A stretch of DNA of 51,789 bases, filler included, from Circinaria calcarea (GCA_051942165.1; 3 parts of 3 records of this genome joined end to end with filler, not necessarily neighbours in it); one strand, 5' to 3'. Numbered from the whole stretch's first letter, positions 30,234 through 44,098 are shown. Notes: generated from the letters alone by a model not told the origin. Translations and numbers: made by a program.

Positions 30234-33200
30234 ATGTCGACATTCCAAGCTTCCGGGGGAGTTGACCGCGGTCGAGGGAAGGCGAAAGGTCGGAGTGGAA
30301 GACTTTCGAGGCTCGGTAGCGACGAAAAGCGGAAGACAAAAGATCATTCAAAACGTCCCAGCAATGGCGATCGCAAAGTATCCTTTGATGGGAATAGCGC
30401 AGCGTCGAAAACGTCGAAGTTTCCGCCGCCCAAGGGAAATAGGATTCACAACAGCACGCGGGGGAAGCAATTCAAACCGACAACATCTCCGGATAGCAAC
30501 ACAAGTCCATCTACCTTCTCTGTACCTTTCGCTAAAAAGTCAGCCGATTACAGCTGGCGGAACCCTGCGATGAGTGGAAACTCGACTTACACGAAGCGCA
30601 TGAGCGATCTCTATCAGACGGTATGTATAAATCCCAAACTTCTACTGACTAGAGGGTATTCATAGTGACTTCTTCGTTCCTTCGTGCCAATAGCTTAAGA
30701 AGAATCGCGAGAAAGAGAGGAAAGATGCCATCCGTAACGGATTTCTGGCAGATCCGAATAAGCCTACGTCGCTAGCGAATGCCATAACACCGGTGGGGAC
30801 TTGCCAGGATATGTGTCCAGAATTCGAGAGGGTGGAGAGAATTGTGCAAAATATGGTTGATGGGTGTGAAAAGGTCGGGACCGTACACCAAGCGCAGGTT
30901 GGGATCGTCCTTGCTGATTCTCCTCGACTCAGACCACTTCTCCGTCGTCGGATACCAAAGTACCGTGTGAAGGGTACATGGTGAAGCGGTTTCGAAGATC
31001 TGCGGCAGGTTATGATGAACAACTACCTTCGGATATTCGACCTCCACTCGTCCTACAAAGGACTCTCAACTACCTCTTTGAAGAAGTGGTTGGTGGTCCC
31101 CGATCCCTGGGAAGTGTTCATAAGTTTGTCTGGGATCGCACGCGAGGCATACGAAATGACTTCTCTATTCAGCAAGTTACTAAACTGGAGGATTTACGGA
31201 TAGCTATAGACTGCTTTGAACGAATTGCTCGTTTTCACTTGCTTTCGTTGCATCAGCTTTCTCGATCTGGTCAAGAAAACGCCGACTTTGATCACCATCA
31301 AGAGCGCGAACAACTCAACAATACCCTTTTGTCCTTAATGTACTACTACGATGACACTCGGCATAGACTCACTTCTCCAAACGAAGCCGAGTTTCGCGCG
31401 TATTGCATCATTTTTGAGATCCAGGATCAACGCCCAGATTTGGAAGACCGATCTCAGAATTGGCCCAAACCATTGCTGAAAGATGCACGGATCCAGACAG
31501 CGATGAAGCTGTACGCCGCGGCTGGCAACACATCGGATGAACAAGGACCTTTGCGGCCTCGGACGTCTTTCGCCATTGCCCAAGAAAACTATGGACGATA
31601 CTGGTCTATCGTCGGATCCAAAGCTGTATCTTATCTGATGGCCTGCGCTGCTGAAATTTACTTCAACTCGATTCGAGGTATGGCTTTAGAGGAAATTTGG
31701 AAAGCTTACAAGCGAGGGGGACAGACAAAAATGGAAGATTGGGTTCTAGGAGATCTTGCCACCGCTCTCGGTTATGATAACGAAGATCAAGTCCAAAGGT
31801 TCTGTGAGGAGCACGGCTTTACCATCCGTGAAAGAGAGGATGGAGAATCTTTTCTGGACATTGGTTCCGTCAGCGGCAAGTGGTTGACAGGTCAGTGAAA
31901 ATAACATTCCACCAGGCCGGTGCTCCTTACGAGGTTTATAGATACGAATCCTCGCCGAAAGCAGACGTTCTCGAAGAATCTGGTCGAAAAGAAGAGATTA
32001 GGGAGGACGCTTACAGCCGTAATCAACGGAATGACAGTATCGGAATCTCGAGCAAAGGGACAGATTGAAGAGTCGTCAGCTTCAGAAGGTTCTCCGGCTT
32101 CGAAGGCCGACGATGAATCTCTGTTTCTGGATGATGATCTTCATGAGAATCCTTTGAATGGTCATAAGCCCACAACAAATAATGGCGTTGTGGAGACATC
32201 AACTACTTTAACATCATCTCAGCCTTCCATAATCTTCCCATCTACAGAAACTACGGCTCCCTTTCAAAATACCCAAACCTTCGCAGCGCCAACGCTTCCA
32301 AATCCTTTCTCTAACTCCCCATTACCAGCGTCATCTACCTTTGGCCAGCCTACCGGGCTTCCAAAGGCTCCGACTACATTAGAAACACCCAATTCGATTG
32401 CAGCCTCACGGTCGATGTCCATGTCTTTACCAGCACAAACACCACCAATTTTCAACTTTACCACGCCGGCAACCTCCACAGTTGGCGTAATATCCGGTTC
32501 GCTCACGAATAGCCAGAATTGGTTGCAGCAACCAGCACCCACAAGTCTGCAACCTAGGGGTATCTTTGGTCAACCTTCCGTATCAATTAGTGCAGCCCAC
32601 GCGCCTGTCTTGGCGAGTAAATCACCGTTCGGCTCCACAAACACGACATCATCATCAACATCTATTTTCGCACCTCAGCAGACCAAGCAAAATCTAGATA
32701 CAGACCCGCCACGACCTTCAAGGACCCCAACTTCATTCCTTACACCAGCATCAACCACGAACGCCAGTCCACCCAAACCTTTTGTCTTCTCGTCACAAGT
32801 ACCTACAACATCTAATGGGACGATTTTTCCATCTCTTACTCCTACCATTAACGATTCAGTGCCAGCCCCTTCAAACCAAACGAAGCCATTCCTATTCCCG
32901 TCCAGTCAACAGTCGACTCCGGTATCAACCGCCACAGATACAGTGAAGGCTACCAAGCTTTCACCACCTGGGTTCATGTTCACCCTGCCACCGAGTTCAC
33001 CGCCAGGTTCCACCCAACAGAAAAGTGCACCCACGATCACAGCACCCACTTTCCATTTTCCGTCTCAATCGCCCCAACCACCAAACTCTCTCAACGGTAT
33101 GGATAATGGGCTACCTCCGACTAATACCCAGCAAGCGTTAACATCACAAGCGCCACCGGCGAGGCCTATGCCACAACCGATACCTCCTCATCAGCAAACA

Positions 33201-34504
33201 AGAATAGGACCACCAAAACCTGACCCGCGTCCAAAGGCATTAGACCAGCTTGCCGTTGCGTTTGTGGGCGAGGATGAAGGCCTCCTTCAGCAGTTCCTCG
33301 AGTACACCATCAGTCCGATAATTGTCAAAGCAATGGACCAAGTCAAAGCCGAACGTTCACGAGAAGAAATTGGTCAGTGCTTTGCAAATGGTTACCAAGG
33401 TTTAGAGCAATTTAGCTAATGCCCTGCAGCACAAGCACGACGATTCTTACTAGGGAAGAAGTATCTGCGCAAATGGAGAAACAATGCCTGGAAGAGAGGT
33501 CTTTCGAGAAAGGCAAAGGAACGAAGAAAGGATTTCGCGCAATCAATGCAAGCCTTGGCGCAGAGTACCAGACATCCGAGAAGCGCCAGCGGAGGATCTA
33601 GTGCATCGTCTTCTATATACCGAGCAAGTGAGTCTGCAAACCAGGCTCGGGACACGCTTATGCCTCCGCCTTCGAAGCCACCCGCTTCTGAGTCAAAAGG
33701 AGAAAGCCCAACGAGGGATTCACAAGATCAACCTTTATCCATCCAATCCGGAACACATCGCCCCAAACATAACCTGGCAGATATGACGCCAAACTCAGAT
33801 TCGTTAACCAGCCATAAACCCAATCTTCATCACCAGCGTTCACATACACTCGGAAACACGAGCAGCCTTTTACATTCTGGGCGGATCTCCAAATCCAGGT
33901 CTCCATTCAGTCTCAATTCTTCGCTTCTCAACAGTGGGTCAGTCATAAATGAATCACTTATCAGGAAAGCGCGACGCTTGGCGTCTGGAGGACGTACAGA
34001 TACAACTCGCGGCGACTACTTTAAACTCAAGGCTCTGGGAATCGATCCAGACACCCCAATCGTCCCTCTGACGCGGAAAAGGCGGATGACCAATCTACCT
34101 GAAGCCCAGACGCACAAAGCACCCAAAATGACCCCTCCTGAACCGTCCCATATCACCGCCCGCTCCACCCAATCCAATGCCTCCATCAGCCCCACCAATC
34201 CTACGCAAACATCTCCCTTGTCTTCGCAGACCACGAAAAGGGTCGAAGACGACGACGACGAACAACTCTTTGCCCAAATGCGCCAGGTTCGCGAGGCAAT
34301 GTCCGAATCCATCTCCTGGTTCCGCGCCGAACGCGAGAAGTCCGAACGCAGTCGCAGCGGAAGCAGTCGCTCCAGGGATATTCCCAAACAACACCTAGTA
34401 AATGAAACCGAGAAACAGAGGAGGTTGAGGGAGTGGAAACCTACGCCTAGTCGTACGGAAATCAGGTTAAGGGCGACGGGGGGTGGGGGATTATTGCCCA
34501 AGGG
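30234..34504 (+). CDS. sac3: SAC3/GANP (TREX-2 scaffold) mRNA export factor, 3' truncated by gap
   Basis: GTCQDMCPEFERVER, MVKRFRRSAAGYDEQLPSDIRPP, FVWDRTRGIRNDFSIQQ, FERIARFH and NEAEFRAY, followed by an S/T/P-rich region with FG-like motifs. Confidence 0.93.
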
Positions 34505-34604
34505 NNNNNNNNNNNNNNNNNNNNNNNNNNNNNNNNNNNNNNNNNNNNTTAATTAATTAANNNNNNNNNNNNNNNNNNNNNNNNNNNNNNNNNNNNNNNN
34601 NNNN
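34505..34604. other. Artificial contig linker (44N + TTAATTAATTAA + 44N)
   Basis: Same structure as 17206-17305. Confidence 0.97.
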
Positions 34605-34859
34605 CCGTCTACGCATGATGTTCGATCATGGATCACCACTCGAACTTCCCGCTTCTTCGCTCGTGATTCTGGACCTCGGCCGGCGGTGCAGACAGCAACC
34701 CAGCGTACAGATACACCCGGCATCAGCGTAAAAGATTGGTCCTCAACTACGGTCCCGAGTACGACTTCACCATATGCGCCACAAGGAGGCGGTAATGCAG
34801 GAAGCCGTTACGACGAGAAAGTCACGGAGCATGGTAGGGACATGAACGCTGGGGTTTAG
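34605..34859 (+). CDS. Probable 3' end of a gene cut by the gap
   Basis: The frame is open from the first base of the contig for 84 codons (PSTHDVRSWITTRTSRFF...DEKVTEHGRDMNAGV*). No motif recognised. Confidence 0.4.
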   Translation, partial: PSTHDVRSWITTRTSRFFARDSGPRPAVQTATQRTDTPGISVKDWSSTTVPSTTSPYAPQGGGNAGSRYDEKVTEHGRDMNAGV

Positions 34860-35566
34860 ACCCCGTCTTGTTTATCTCGCTTGGCTTGCTGATATATATC
34901 AATCCGCTTATCGCGGCGGCCGAGCTCTGATAACAAGGGTCTTACGGCTATCTTCTTGGAGCTACACGAACATATTTTATTGTTGCACGGATGATTTGTT
35001 GGGCTGGGGTTTTCTGATTTTGGGTGCAGCATTCTTGTTTAATCTGTTGAAAGGAAACACACGAGTCGATGGTGGATATGTGGGAAGCTTACCATGTCAA
35101 GGTTATGCAGCGAGTGCCAGGAATTTGAGGTAGCATATCTATGCGGTCATTTACCTGTCTGAAGGTCCCAATGTAGATCTCGTGCTGTCCAGGAATGCTA
35201 CAGTCTTCATGAGGTATCATAGTTAGAGCAACCTAGCGTATGATAATTTTCTCCTCATCTGGAATAATCTATCGTGCAAAGTACTCGAGGTTTTTCGAAA
35301 CGAGAATGGCCTTTTTCCTGATCATGATGTGGCTGTGGGTTCCAACAAATTGGCATCCAAAGCTCACGTGATCTCTTGATCCCTCTTTACTCTCCAATGC
35401 TGGCCCCCTAGCTCTTCCTCGGCCGCTTGCTGCTCTCAGGCTGCTCGCCCTTGCACTCTGGCAAGTCTGGATGCTTAAATCGGTCTGTTCTTCGCCAAGC
35501 CAGGAGATGGAATAGATGAGCAACCAGAATATAGATCTTTCCGGCTATCGAAGTAAACTAAACATA

Positions 35567-37187
35567 CTACTTTTCCTGGGCGTTTCCATCCGGAAATAGA
35601 GCAACTTTACAGCCATTGGCGTTCCTGCACGTCAACCTTACTTCGCCCTTCCAAGCCCTATCGTCCCGACTTTCAATGCGCTTGAAGTCCCGTGCAATCC
35701 GGACCAGCACATACGAAGCCTCGACCAGCGCCTTGAGCTGTCCCATGCAGGATCGCTGGCCTCCTCCGAACGGCATGTACTCCCAAGGGCCCGGGTGGAT
35801 AGAATCCCAGCGGCTGGGATCGAATTCTTCGACGTTGCCACCGTATACCAAAGGTTCCCGATGGAGGGCGTAGAAGCTTGTGCCAACTCCTGTCCCCTTG
35901 GGTATGAAGATTGGAGACTTCCTATCAGCACCACCACCCGTGGGAAGCTTTGTGTCCGCCAATGAGACGCGGGCTAGCAATGGGAAGACCGGATACAACC
36001 GGAGAGCTATTGTGCGAGGTCAATAGAAGCCATTAAAAGAGCAGAAGCAACTTACATTCGAAGAGAATGTTGTGAATGAGTTTCGAGGTGGTGAGAAATT
36101 CGTAAGTCAACAAGTCTGGGCCGGCGGATGATATCTCGTCTCGTAACTGGTCCCAGATTAAGGGATGGCGGGACATGAGGAACAAAGTGTTGCTAAGAAG
36201 TACAGAGGTTGTCTCTTGGGAGGCCATCATTCCCTGCAGGATTTGACTGCGGATCTCGATCCTGTCGTCGGTCTGCTCTGCGAGTCCTTGGAGCATGCTT
36301 CGGATTTTGGGGCTAGCTCCAGCTTCTCTTGGCCCGTTTCCAGTTCTCGAAATCTCTTTCTGTTCCAAAGCTTTGTCGATATAGAAGTCCAGGAATTGAT
36401 GGGCCCGTTGGCACGACTCGAGCCACTTGGCCTTGGGAGCAAGGAAACTGAGACGACCTAGCATCACTCGGAGCCCTGTTCCAAAGAGGCCGTCATGGAA
36501 AGCCTTTCTGAATGTCTCTGCATCGAACGGGCTCCCTTGAGTTGCTTTATCAGAGACCGTGCTGAGGCCTGTTAGGAACTGCATCGATGTACGCATAAAC
36601 TGTGACGCATCCCTGTCAGCACGCTATGCCTAGATATGTCACTCGATCAGGCCTACAAGAGTGTCTAGCAAGGCTTGCAAGTCGAGAGTGGTCCCTGGTG
36701 CGGGCAGGTGGCCGAGGAGTTCATCTACTGCATTGGACAATGTTGAGAAGTCGATTGCGTTCGCTTTATTGAAGGTTGGCTTAAGCATTTTTCGTGAATG
36801 CTGCCAAGCAGCGCCATCAGTCGTGAGGAATCCTCGACCGCAGAGGGTCTCCATCGCGGGAAGTCTTAAAGGCTCTACGCCCCAGTCTTTGGCTGAGGTG
36901 TTGATGGCGTGGATATTGTCAGGCTCGATAGTCCATATGAAGCACTTGCCCACGGAGCTCGTTTGGAATGTTTTACTGTAGCGTTCATGGTACCGCACAA
37001 TGATGGGGATGTTCAGATGAGTCGCAAACATGAAATCCAGGCCAAAGATAGGTTCCTTGTGAGGGAATCTTGGTGGTAGATCGCTGCCATGCTGGCGGGC
37101 GAGATTGCGCTCCCTCAGTCTGTTCTGAAGATAGTAAACGAGCACAAGACACGCCCCAACGAAGCTCGAGCTGATAAGAAGCCCCAT
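35567..37187 (-). CDS. Cytochrome P450 (CYP52-clan-like), 3 exons
   Basis: N-terminal TM anchor, GFLTTDGAAWQHSRKMLKPTF, I-helix ASQETT, ExxR across an intron, FDPSRW and heme motif FGGGQRSCMG. Confidence 0.95.
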
Positions 37188-37724
37188 GTGCTCTTACAAA
37201 ATCCAGAGCACAATTGCTCCAACAGCTTGAAAACGAAATCGATATAGTATGCTCAGCAGCGTGACCTCTTGTGTCTGTGAAACTGAGCAAGGGGAAAGAC
37301 TGGAAAGTAAGGGGATACCTGGGGGCCCCCTTCTTGGAAGCATTCAGGCTACTTGACGTCCCCAATACTGTGCCGTGGGGGCGTTATATGCATGCAATAG
37401 AGTGGGCTCGCACACACCACACGTCCCGAGCGTGTGAGTAAAGAGTCTTCTCGCATTGGCGGTTCTGGCCCTCATGCAGGCAGCAGCCTAATGCAAAGTC
37501 CGGTTTGCGCCGAGCCGGGCATATGCAGTGGTACTGTCTTCGGTCAGTTGACTACAACCACATCGTGAGGGCTCGACTGCGCCGCTGAAGTGTGTGTTCG
37601 TGCTGAGCCTAGTCGTCGTGGAACTGCAGAATCAAGTTGCACATGTGGTAGTAGACCTACAGTCACATAAACGATTGTGTTCTCAACTTTTCCTACTGTT
37701 CTGTCTAGGTAACATTACAGCATC

Positions 37725-39426
37725 ATGTTTGCAGCTTGCAGACATTTAGCAACAGTCTCAATCTGTTTGTTGATCCTCTTAGCATTTCGCTATGTACAAT
37801 GTACCTTTTTCTCGAGATTGAAAAGACTTCCTGGCCCTGTTCTATCACGATTAACATGCTTTTATCGTGCCTTGCTGGTATTGTCTGGCAGCTGTTTTTT
37901 GCATTTTCGGGAGTTACACGCTCGTTATGGACCTATCGTGAGGACAGGTCCTAACCATGTGCTGGTATCGGATCCGGCTATGATAACGATTATCCTCGGC
38001 CTCGATAAAAACTTTGTTAAGGTACACGGCCACAAGACAATCCGACTTTCATATACTCATCTCAACAGAGTCGATTTTACGATACCTTCTCCCCTTTGTA
38101 TAAGGGGAAACCCTTCGATACGGTCTTCTCTACGCGAGACTCGGCCCGTAACAAAGCATTGAAACTGCCACTGGTTAAGAACATGACTGGACCAGTTTAT
38201 CTATTCAAGCCAACTATCAACGATTGCGTTGGAGTATTCATACAAGCCATGAATGATATGAAAGAGCAACCTGTGGATTTCAAGTCATGGGCCCAGTACT
38301 GGTCGTTCGACGTAACTTCACAGATGATTTTCGGCTGCCCCTATGGTTTCATGAGAAAACGTGGCGATATTGATGGATTACTGAGTAGGATGAATTTAGG
38401 GTTACGCTATGCTGCTATTATAGGACAAGTGCCAGAATTACACCCATGGCTAGTTGGAAACAACACAGTTATGTCCTTCCTATCAAGATTCCATAGCTTC
38501 CCTAATCCTACCGCAAAGATACTCAGGGAGGCCGAACGAAGGCTTGAAATGCACGACCACAAGCCTCATACTTGTGGAAATACCGTTCTTTGCAGGCTTG
38601 CTAGGGTTCAGGGCACCACAGATGGGCGATCGAGGAAGTTAGACGATGTCAACCTTCTCTTCGAGACATTGTAAGAACATCCTGCCACCGTGGGCCATGC
38701 TAATCTCTCAACAGTGTTGCAGCAGGCACGAGGGTTTCCGCGACCCTTGGGACAGTCTTCTATTTTCTGATGGAGAACCGCGCCACGTATGAGAAGCTTG
38801 TTCACGAAGTGAGGCATGACGAGAAATCTAGGATCTTCGATTCCGCCGTCAAAACCGATGCTTCGCTGAAGATGCCATATTTGTAAGTGTCCTTCAACCA
38901 AGTGCGATGAGAGGTAGGCTAGGATCCTAAAGTTATACACAGGGATGCGGTCATAAAGGAGGCGATGCGCCTTATTCCGACCAACTCCGCGCCGCTTGAA
39001 CGCTGTATACCTCGTGGTGGGATTGATATGCATGGCTATCAGATACCGGAAGGTACAATCATTAGCATGTCATCATATGTCATCCATCGTAACTCGGAGG
39101 TATACGGAGCGGATGTGGATAGTTTTTGCCCGGAGCGCTGGATGGAGTCAGATTTGGCTACGAAGGAGCGAATGGAAAAATGCTACCTGGCTGTAAGTTA
39201 TATCCCTTCAAGAATCACGATCATTGCTCAGATAGGGACATAGTTTGGCAAGGGCGCTCGTCGATGTACTGGTCAAGAACTGGCAATGCTGGAAATGCGT
39301 ATCTTTATCATTCAGGTTCTTCGTCGCTTCGATGTTGAATGGGCATCCCAGAAGCCACAGTGGAAGCTGAAAGTATATTGGCTGGTTGAACACCATAATC
39401 TGTCCCTAAAGTTCAAAGCTCGGTGA
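37725..39426 (+). CDS. Cytochrome P450 (pisatin-demethylase-like), 5 exons
   Basis: TM anchor, LPGP, HARYGPIVRTGPN, WSFDV, VIKEAMRL (ExxR), FCPERW and heme motif FGKGARRCTG. Stop TGA at 39424-39426. Confidence 0.93.
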
Positions 39427-39605
39427 TGGAAGTCGGGATGGGCCCTTTAGATAGGTAAACAAATATATAGCATTAAAGTAACCATTAATCCAAAATGATT
39501 TCAATTGCTATAATTATATGCGTTTGAATGCTGATAGTCTCTCTGGATAATATACCGAAAACAAGAACACTAGGAAATACCACTTGTGCGACTCTTCTAA
39601 GGGGT

Positions 39606-40958
39606 TTATAGTTGCTCATGCTCAGAAACAAAGCTTCGCTCCACCTGAATTCCCTTCGGCTTCAACCCTCGCGCCTCGACGTCGTGGATTTCCATACCGC
39701 CAATGGCTGTAACCACAGGTCCCCGAGACTGAAGTTCGTACCAGGCCCTCTTGCCCTCACTTGAGCTGAGAGATGGGCTGTTTACAGATGACTTACGCCT
39801 GTGAATGGAGAGAAGAGAGCCGCTTCGAAGCGAAAAGAAAGACCTGATGCTGCCAAGCATAGACTCTAGGCTGTGAACCCCTCCAAAGAGTGGACCTAGT
39901 GTAGGAAGACAGGCAGCAACAACAGATGCACAAGCTTCAACATGAGCCCACATATCATTCTTGTCCGATATAGCTGGACAGGGTCAGACCGCTCTACCAC
40001 ATCCGGGAGCACTTACCGGTTCTTTCCGCACTATTGCCTCCCTCGAAGTCGATGAGCGAGTGGGCATACCAGAGGCGGATTGCGGATGCCACGACGCAGC
40101 TGAAGATTTATCAGATTGTTTGACTGATCTGGTACAGGGCTGGAATACTTACAAAGCACCAAGCAGAAAGATCGCAGCCAAAAAGACCTTTCTTCTCGAG
40201 TTCATATGTAGCTTTCTGATCGCAGGAATCGGCAGCCCTAAAATGATAAGGTCCAGTGCGATGTCGATGGTGGCCATACTGGTGATGAGAGAGCCAAGGT
40301 TGATACTGTATTCGGAAGGATCGAGGTATGCGGGTGTAGTCCAGAAACTCGAGACACCTCTTGCACAAAACAAAACGCCCTTGAAAGGTTAGCTGTAGTA
40401 AACCAGCAAGCGCTGCGTGTTCTTACAAAAAAGGCGGTTATCATCCACATACCCACAAGGACGAGGGTGCCGTTTGCCCAGAGGCGGAAACGAGGAGTAT
40501 CGAAAATCCGCTTGTAGAATAGGACAACGGATATCTTGATAAGCCCATAGAGAAAATGGCAAATGAGGATGTCTGCGAATTGAACCTGTATCATTCTTTG
40601 CTTTAAAGATGACCTCTCTATCTGGAAAGCGATCGGAACTTACCTTGCGGAAACGTTCGTAGGATTCCGGCGACATGCGCTCGAATTCGATGCCGAAAAG
40701 TCCGGTGCAGGAGGCATATATGCCTCCCATACAGACCCCAACGGCGCAAAGCTGTCCATCGACAGGCCTTAGTATCATATAGAGAAGCTATCGGCATCCA
40801 TTCGGACTTACCAAAGCTGCCAAGATTACGTAGTCATCGCTTTTGAGAGGGATCGATTTCAGCTTCCGGGCGGTAAACCGGAGACAGACAGCAGTTATAG
40901 CCAATATGGGGAGGACAATGTTGGCAGCAAGTGTGTCTTTGGCGGCGCTTGGGACCAT
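39606..40958 (-). CDS. PTH11/SAT4-like fungal rhodopsin-domain integral membrane protein (no CFEM), multi-exon
   Basis: Motifs AVCLRFTARK...SDDYVILAAL, YGLIKISVVLFYKRIF, IDIALDLIILGLPIPAIRKLHMNSRRK and WAHVEACASVVAACLPTL. Confidence 0.9.
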
Positions 40959-42251
40959 TTTGGCACTGGGAGTTATATATGTCCGATGTTCAATTGTGCT
41001 GGGTGACAGCGAAGGTCGTAAATTCACAGCGACGGAGTTTTGCTTAGGGATATGCATTCAATATACTATAGCGGTTATCAGCCTCCAGCATGGACAGCCT
41101 GGGGGCGCAATACCTTTGTGAGATGGTCAGGTGTGTGTGCAATGATTGATGAGGGGAACGGGAAGTCCAGTTCACACCCTTGGCAATTGTGTGGTGCTCA
41201 AGGTATGATTGCAGCCAGATCCCTCCCCTTTCGGGACGGACAACCCGCATAGTAGACCCTTTGTGTGACACGCCGTTTCCAATCGGATCATAAACTTGGC
41301 AGGCTCGGGTTTTTCTCAACTGTACGGAGTAGCCTGAAAACTATCCTGCGGGCTGGAGGCGGGAACGCAGAGGTAGCCTTATCTCTGCATTTGGAATCCA
41401 AATGCATGATAGACATTAGTTAAATGCAAACTTTTTGTAGGATTTAGCCAGCCGCGCATCTTCCAGTAGATGCAGCGTTACGGCGGAGGTGCAGCATAAC
41501 AGGGTGTAATCATGTGCTGGTGGTTGATAGGCAGCGAGTGCGGCGGAGGCTTGGGATTAGATGGCATTGCCCAAACCAGTATGCGAGTCATGCGTAGAAG
41601 TCATATACTATGATGCCCCGCTTCAGCTGCCAGAGTCGCGTGGAGCAATTTTAAGATGTATTTATAAATTTATATGTAGCTGAGTGGGTGCAAAATAAAT
41701 AGGAAATATTAAACAGAGAGCCAAGCATACCGTATACTATGCAGAAGTTCTGTACTGCCCGTATTAGTACTAGCGTGGGCTGTAGAGTTTTCCCTTTGGC
41801 TTCGCACTTTGCGAACTATACTTCTTATATAAAGGTTACACAATATATCGACTATTGCGTACATATTGAATACCGTCTTAATGCATTGCTTAAGCCCCTC
41901 CCTGCCATACCTTTAATAGGAAATACAAAAGCAGATGATGCTGAAAGTGGGTTATGGTGAACGTAGTTATGCGTTAGCCTTCCTCGTACGTCCTCGGAGA
42001 TTACTATGGTAGAAGTAAATTTCGATAAGTGGAATAATAAATATACCACAGCCGCTTGCCCTCGGGACTCGTCATTGGCTCCCAGGCGAATTAACATATA
42101 GAGATGTATAACTTTACTATAGTAACCTCTACGAGTTGAATAGGACATCGCGAATTATATTTTTAAAGCAATTTATTTATTTATATATGCGTATGTTATA
42201 CTGGAAGCTGTAAAAATTTAATATTTTATTTGCCTCTCGCAGAGTATTTGC

Positions 42252-44098
42252 CTAGCTTATGGATAAACTAAGCCCTTTCTCAACCTCCTTCTCTGCCTTC
42301 TTAACACTCGCCGTCGGAGGTTGGAGGAAAAGCCTTTCACGCTTCATGAGAAGTGATAAAAGTGTGACCATTCCACCAGCTGTTAATACCATACCGTACA
42401 CGTTGTCTATGCTGCGTACGATAGCGTTAAGTACTTTGGCTCGGTCCATCGTATCAAGTGTATTGAAGAACGCTCCGTTAGCCCCAGATATGGCTTGTTG
42501 AACCACCGGTCTCGGCACAAGCGGTAAGATGCCGGATATTTTGTTCGTAGCTTCATTGAGGAAAACGCTATTGGAGATGGTCAGAGCGAGTGTAATTCCA
42601 GTGATTTGACCACATCCAATAAAAGCGATAGCAAGCGGTATTGCTTTAGCATCAACTTTAGCCTGCGCAACAGCGTAGGAAGCCTGGGTGAATAATCCGG
42701 ATCCGAGACCCAACAGAACGCTATAACCATATATGATGCTGGTACTGGTGCTCACGCCGACGGTACGAAAAAGAGCCCCACCAATAACAGAAAGAACGCC
42801 ACCAAGAAGATACCAAGGCATATAATACCCGAATTTGCTCATAATAGCTCCATTGAAAATCACCCCAAAAACCTGCAAGAACACAAATGGGAGTAATCGA
42901 ACCCCAGCATGTAATGCTGTATCATTCTGCACAAATTGGAAATACAGGGGAATAAAGTACAAAGGAATGTAAATCACTACCATAGCCGACGCGATTTGAG
43001 CGAAAAGAATGTTCATTTCCCAAGATCGTATTAACGCGACGGGGAACAAGCGGTTTTCATTCGTGGTGAAGATGGAAAGAGCCTGCTGGAAGGTGAAAAG
43101 TATCCAAAGAATCCCCGCACAGGTAAATAATGCGATGATCTGGCCACTATTCCAGGGGTATACTCCTCCACCGAAGGCGATAGCCATTACAAGGGATGTA
43201 AAAGCTCCTGCGTTAAGGACGGCTCCAACCCAGTCCAATTCGCGGATACGAGATAGTATACTCGCTTCTGGACGAGGATTGTATGATGGTAGGAGGAAAA
43301 TATAAATAGGGCCAACGATAGCTCCAACGCAAAGATTCAAGTAAAAGGACCAACGCCAAGTTGCGGAGCTGTCAGCAAACACACCACCTAGAACAGGCCC
43401 AAGCCTCCTCAAATATTAGCTATTATATTAATAGCATAATGAAACTAACTTACACAGTGCCTAGGCCCCATGTTAAGCCGACGAAACTTAAATAGACTGG
43501 ACGCTCCGCTTCAGTCGTGAGGACGGATAAAAGGTTCATAGCTCCAAGATATATGCCAACTCCTCCTACTCCACATATAGCTCTTCCTAATATCAACACG
43601 GTCATCGTAGGGGCTGCGCCACAAATAGCAGACCCTGCCTCGAAGATGATAACCCCGGTGATAAAAAGGAATTTATTGTTGAATTGGCCAAAAAGCTTGC
43701 TCCTAGATTTACGTTGGTCAACACGAGCCGATAAGTTTGAGTTAATATACAAACATAAAAAGATTGATAGCTATCGCGCCTAGTGCGTAAGCGACTGAAA
43801 CCCAGGGTAACTTGTCGATGTTACCAAGCGAGTTAATGATACTAGGTTGAACATCCGCAACAATAACGTTGTCGAGAGAGAATAGGAACATGGAGAAGAG
43901 AAGCGAGATCACCACACAGATCCACGAGACCATGCCCATAGCTCGAGGTTTCTCTGGTTGGAAAGATTCAGAATCGACTTGCATTCCGTGCGTCTTGTCC
44001 GTCCCAGAGGGAGAATGGCTATGGTGATCGATGGTGGGAGCAGCGTTGTCTTGATAGGTTAAGGTAGCCGGACCGGTTGCAGTATGGTTAAGAGACAT
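42252..44098 (-). CDS. MFS 14-TMS drug/toxin efflux transporter (DHA2/TCR-Tet type), 3 exons
   Basis: Motifs FLFSLDNVIVADVQP, FEAGSAICGAAPTM...GRAICGVGG, GPVLGGVFADSSATWRWSFYLNL, LDWVGAVL and YFIPLYFQF. Confidence 0.95.

Noticed and set aside
41481..41550. CGGCGGAGG twice as a cluster-wide Zn2Cys6 site
   Set aside because: Not found consistently in the other cluster promoters by eye.
41640..42250. AT/TpA-rich stretch as a RIP-degraded element or ankyrin relic
   Set aside because: No repeat boundaries or convincing protein motif, and RIP indices cannot be computed here.
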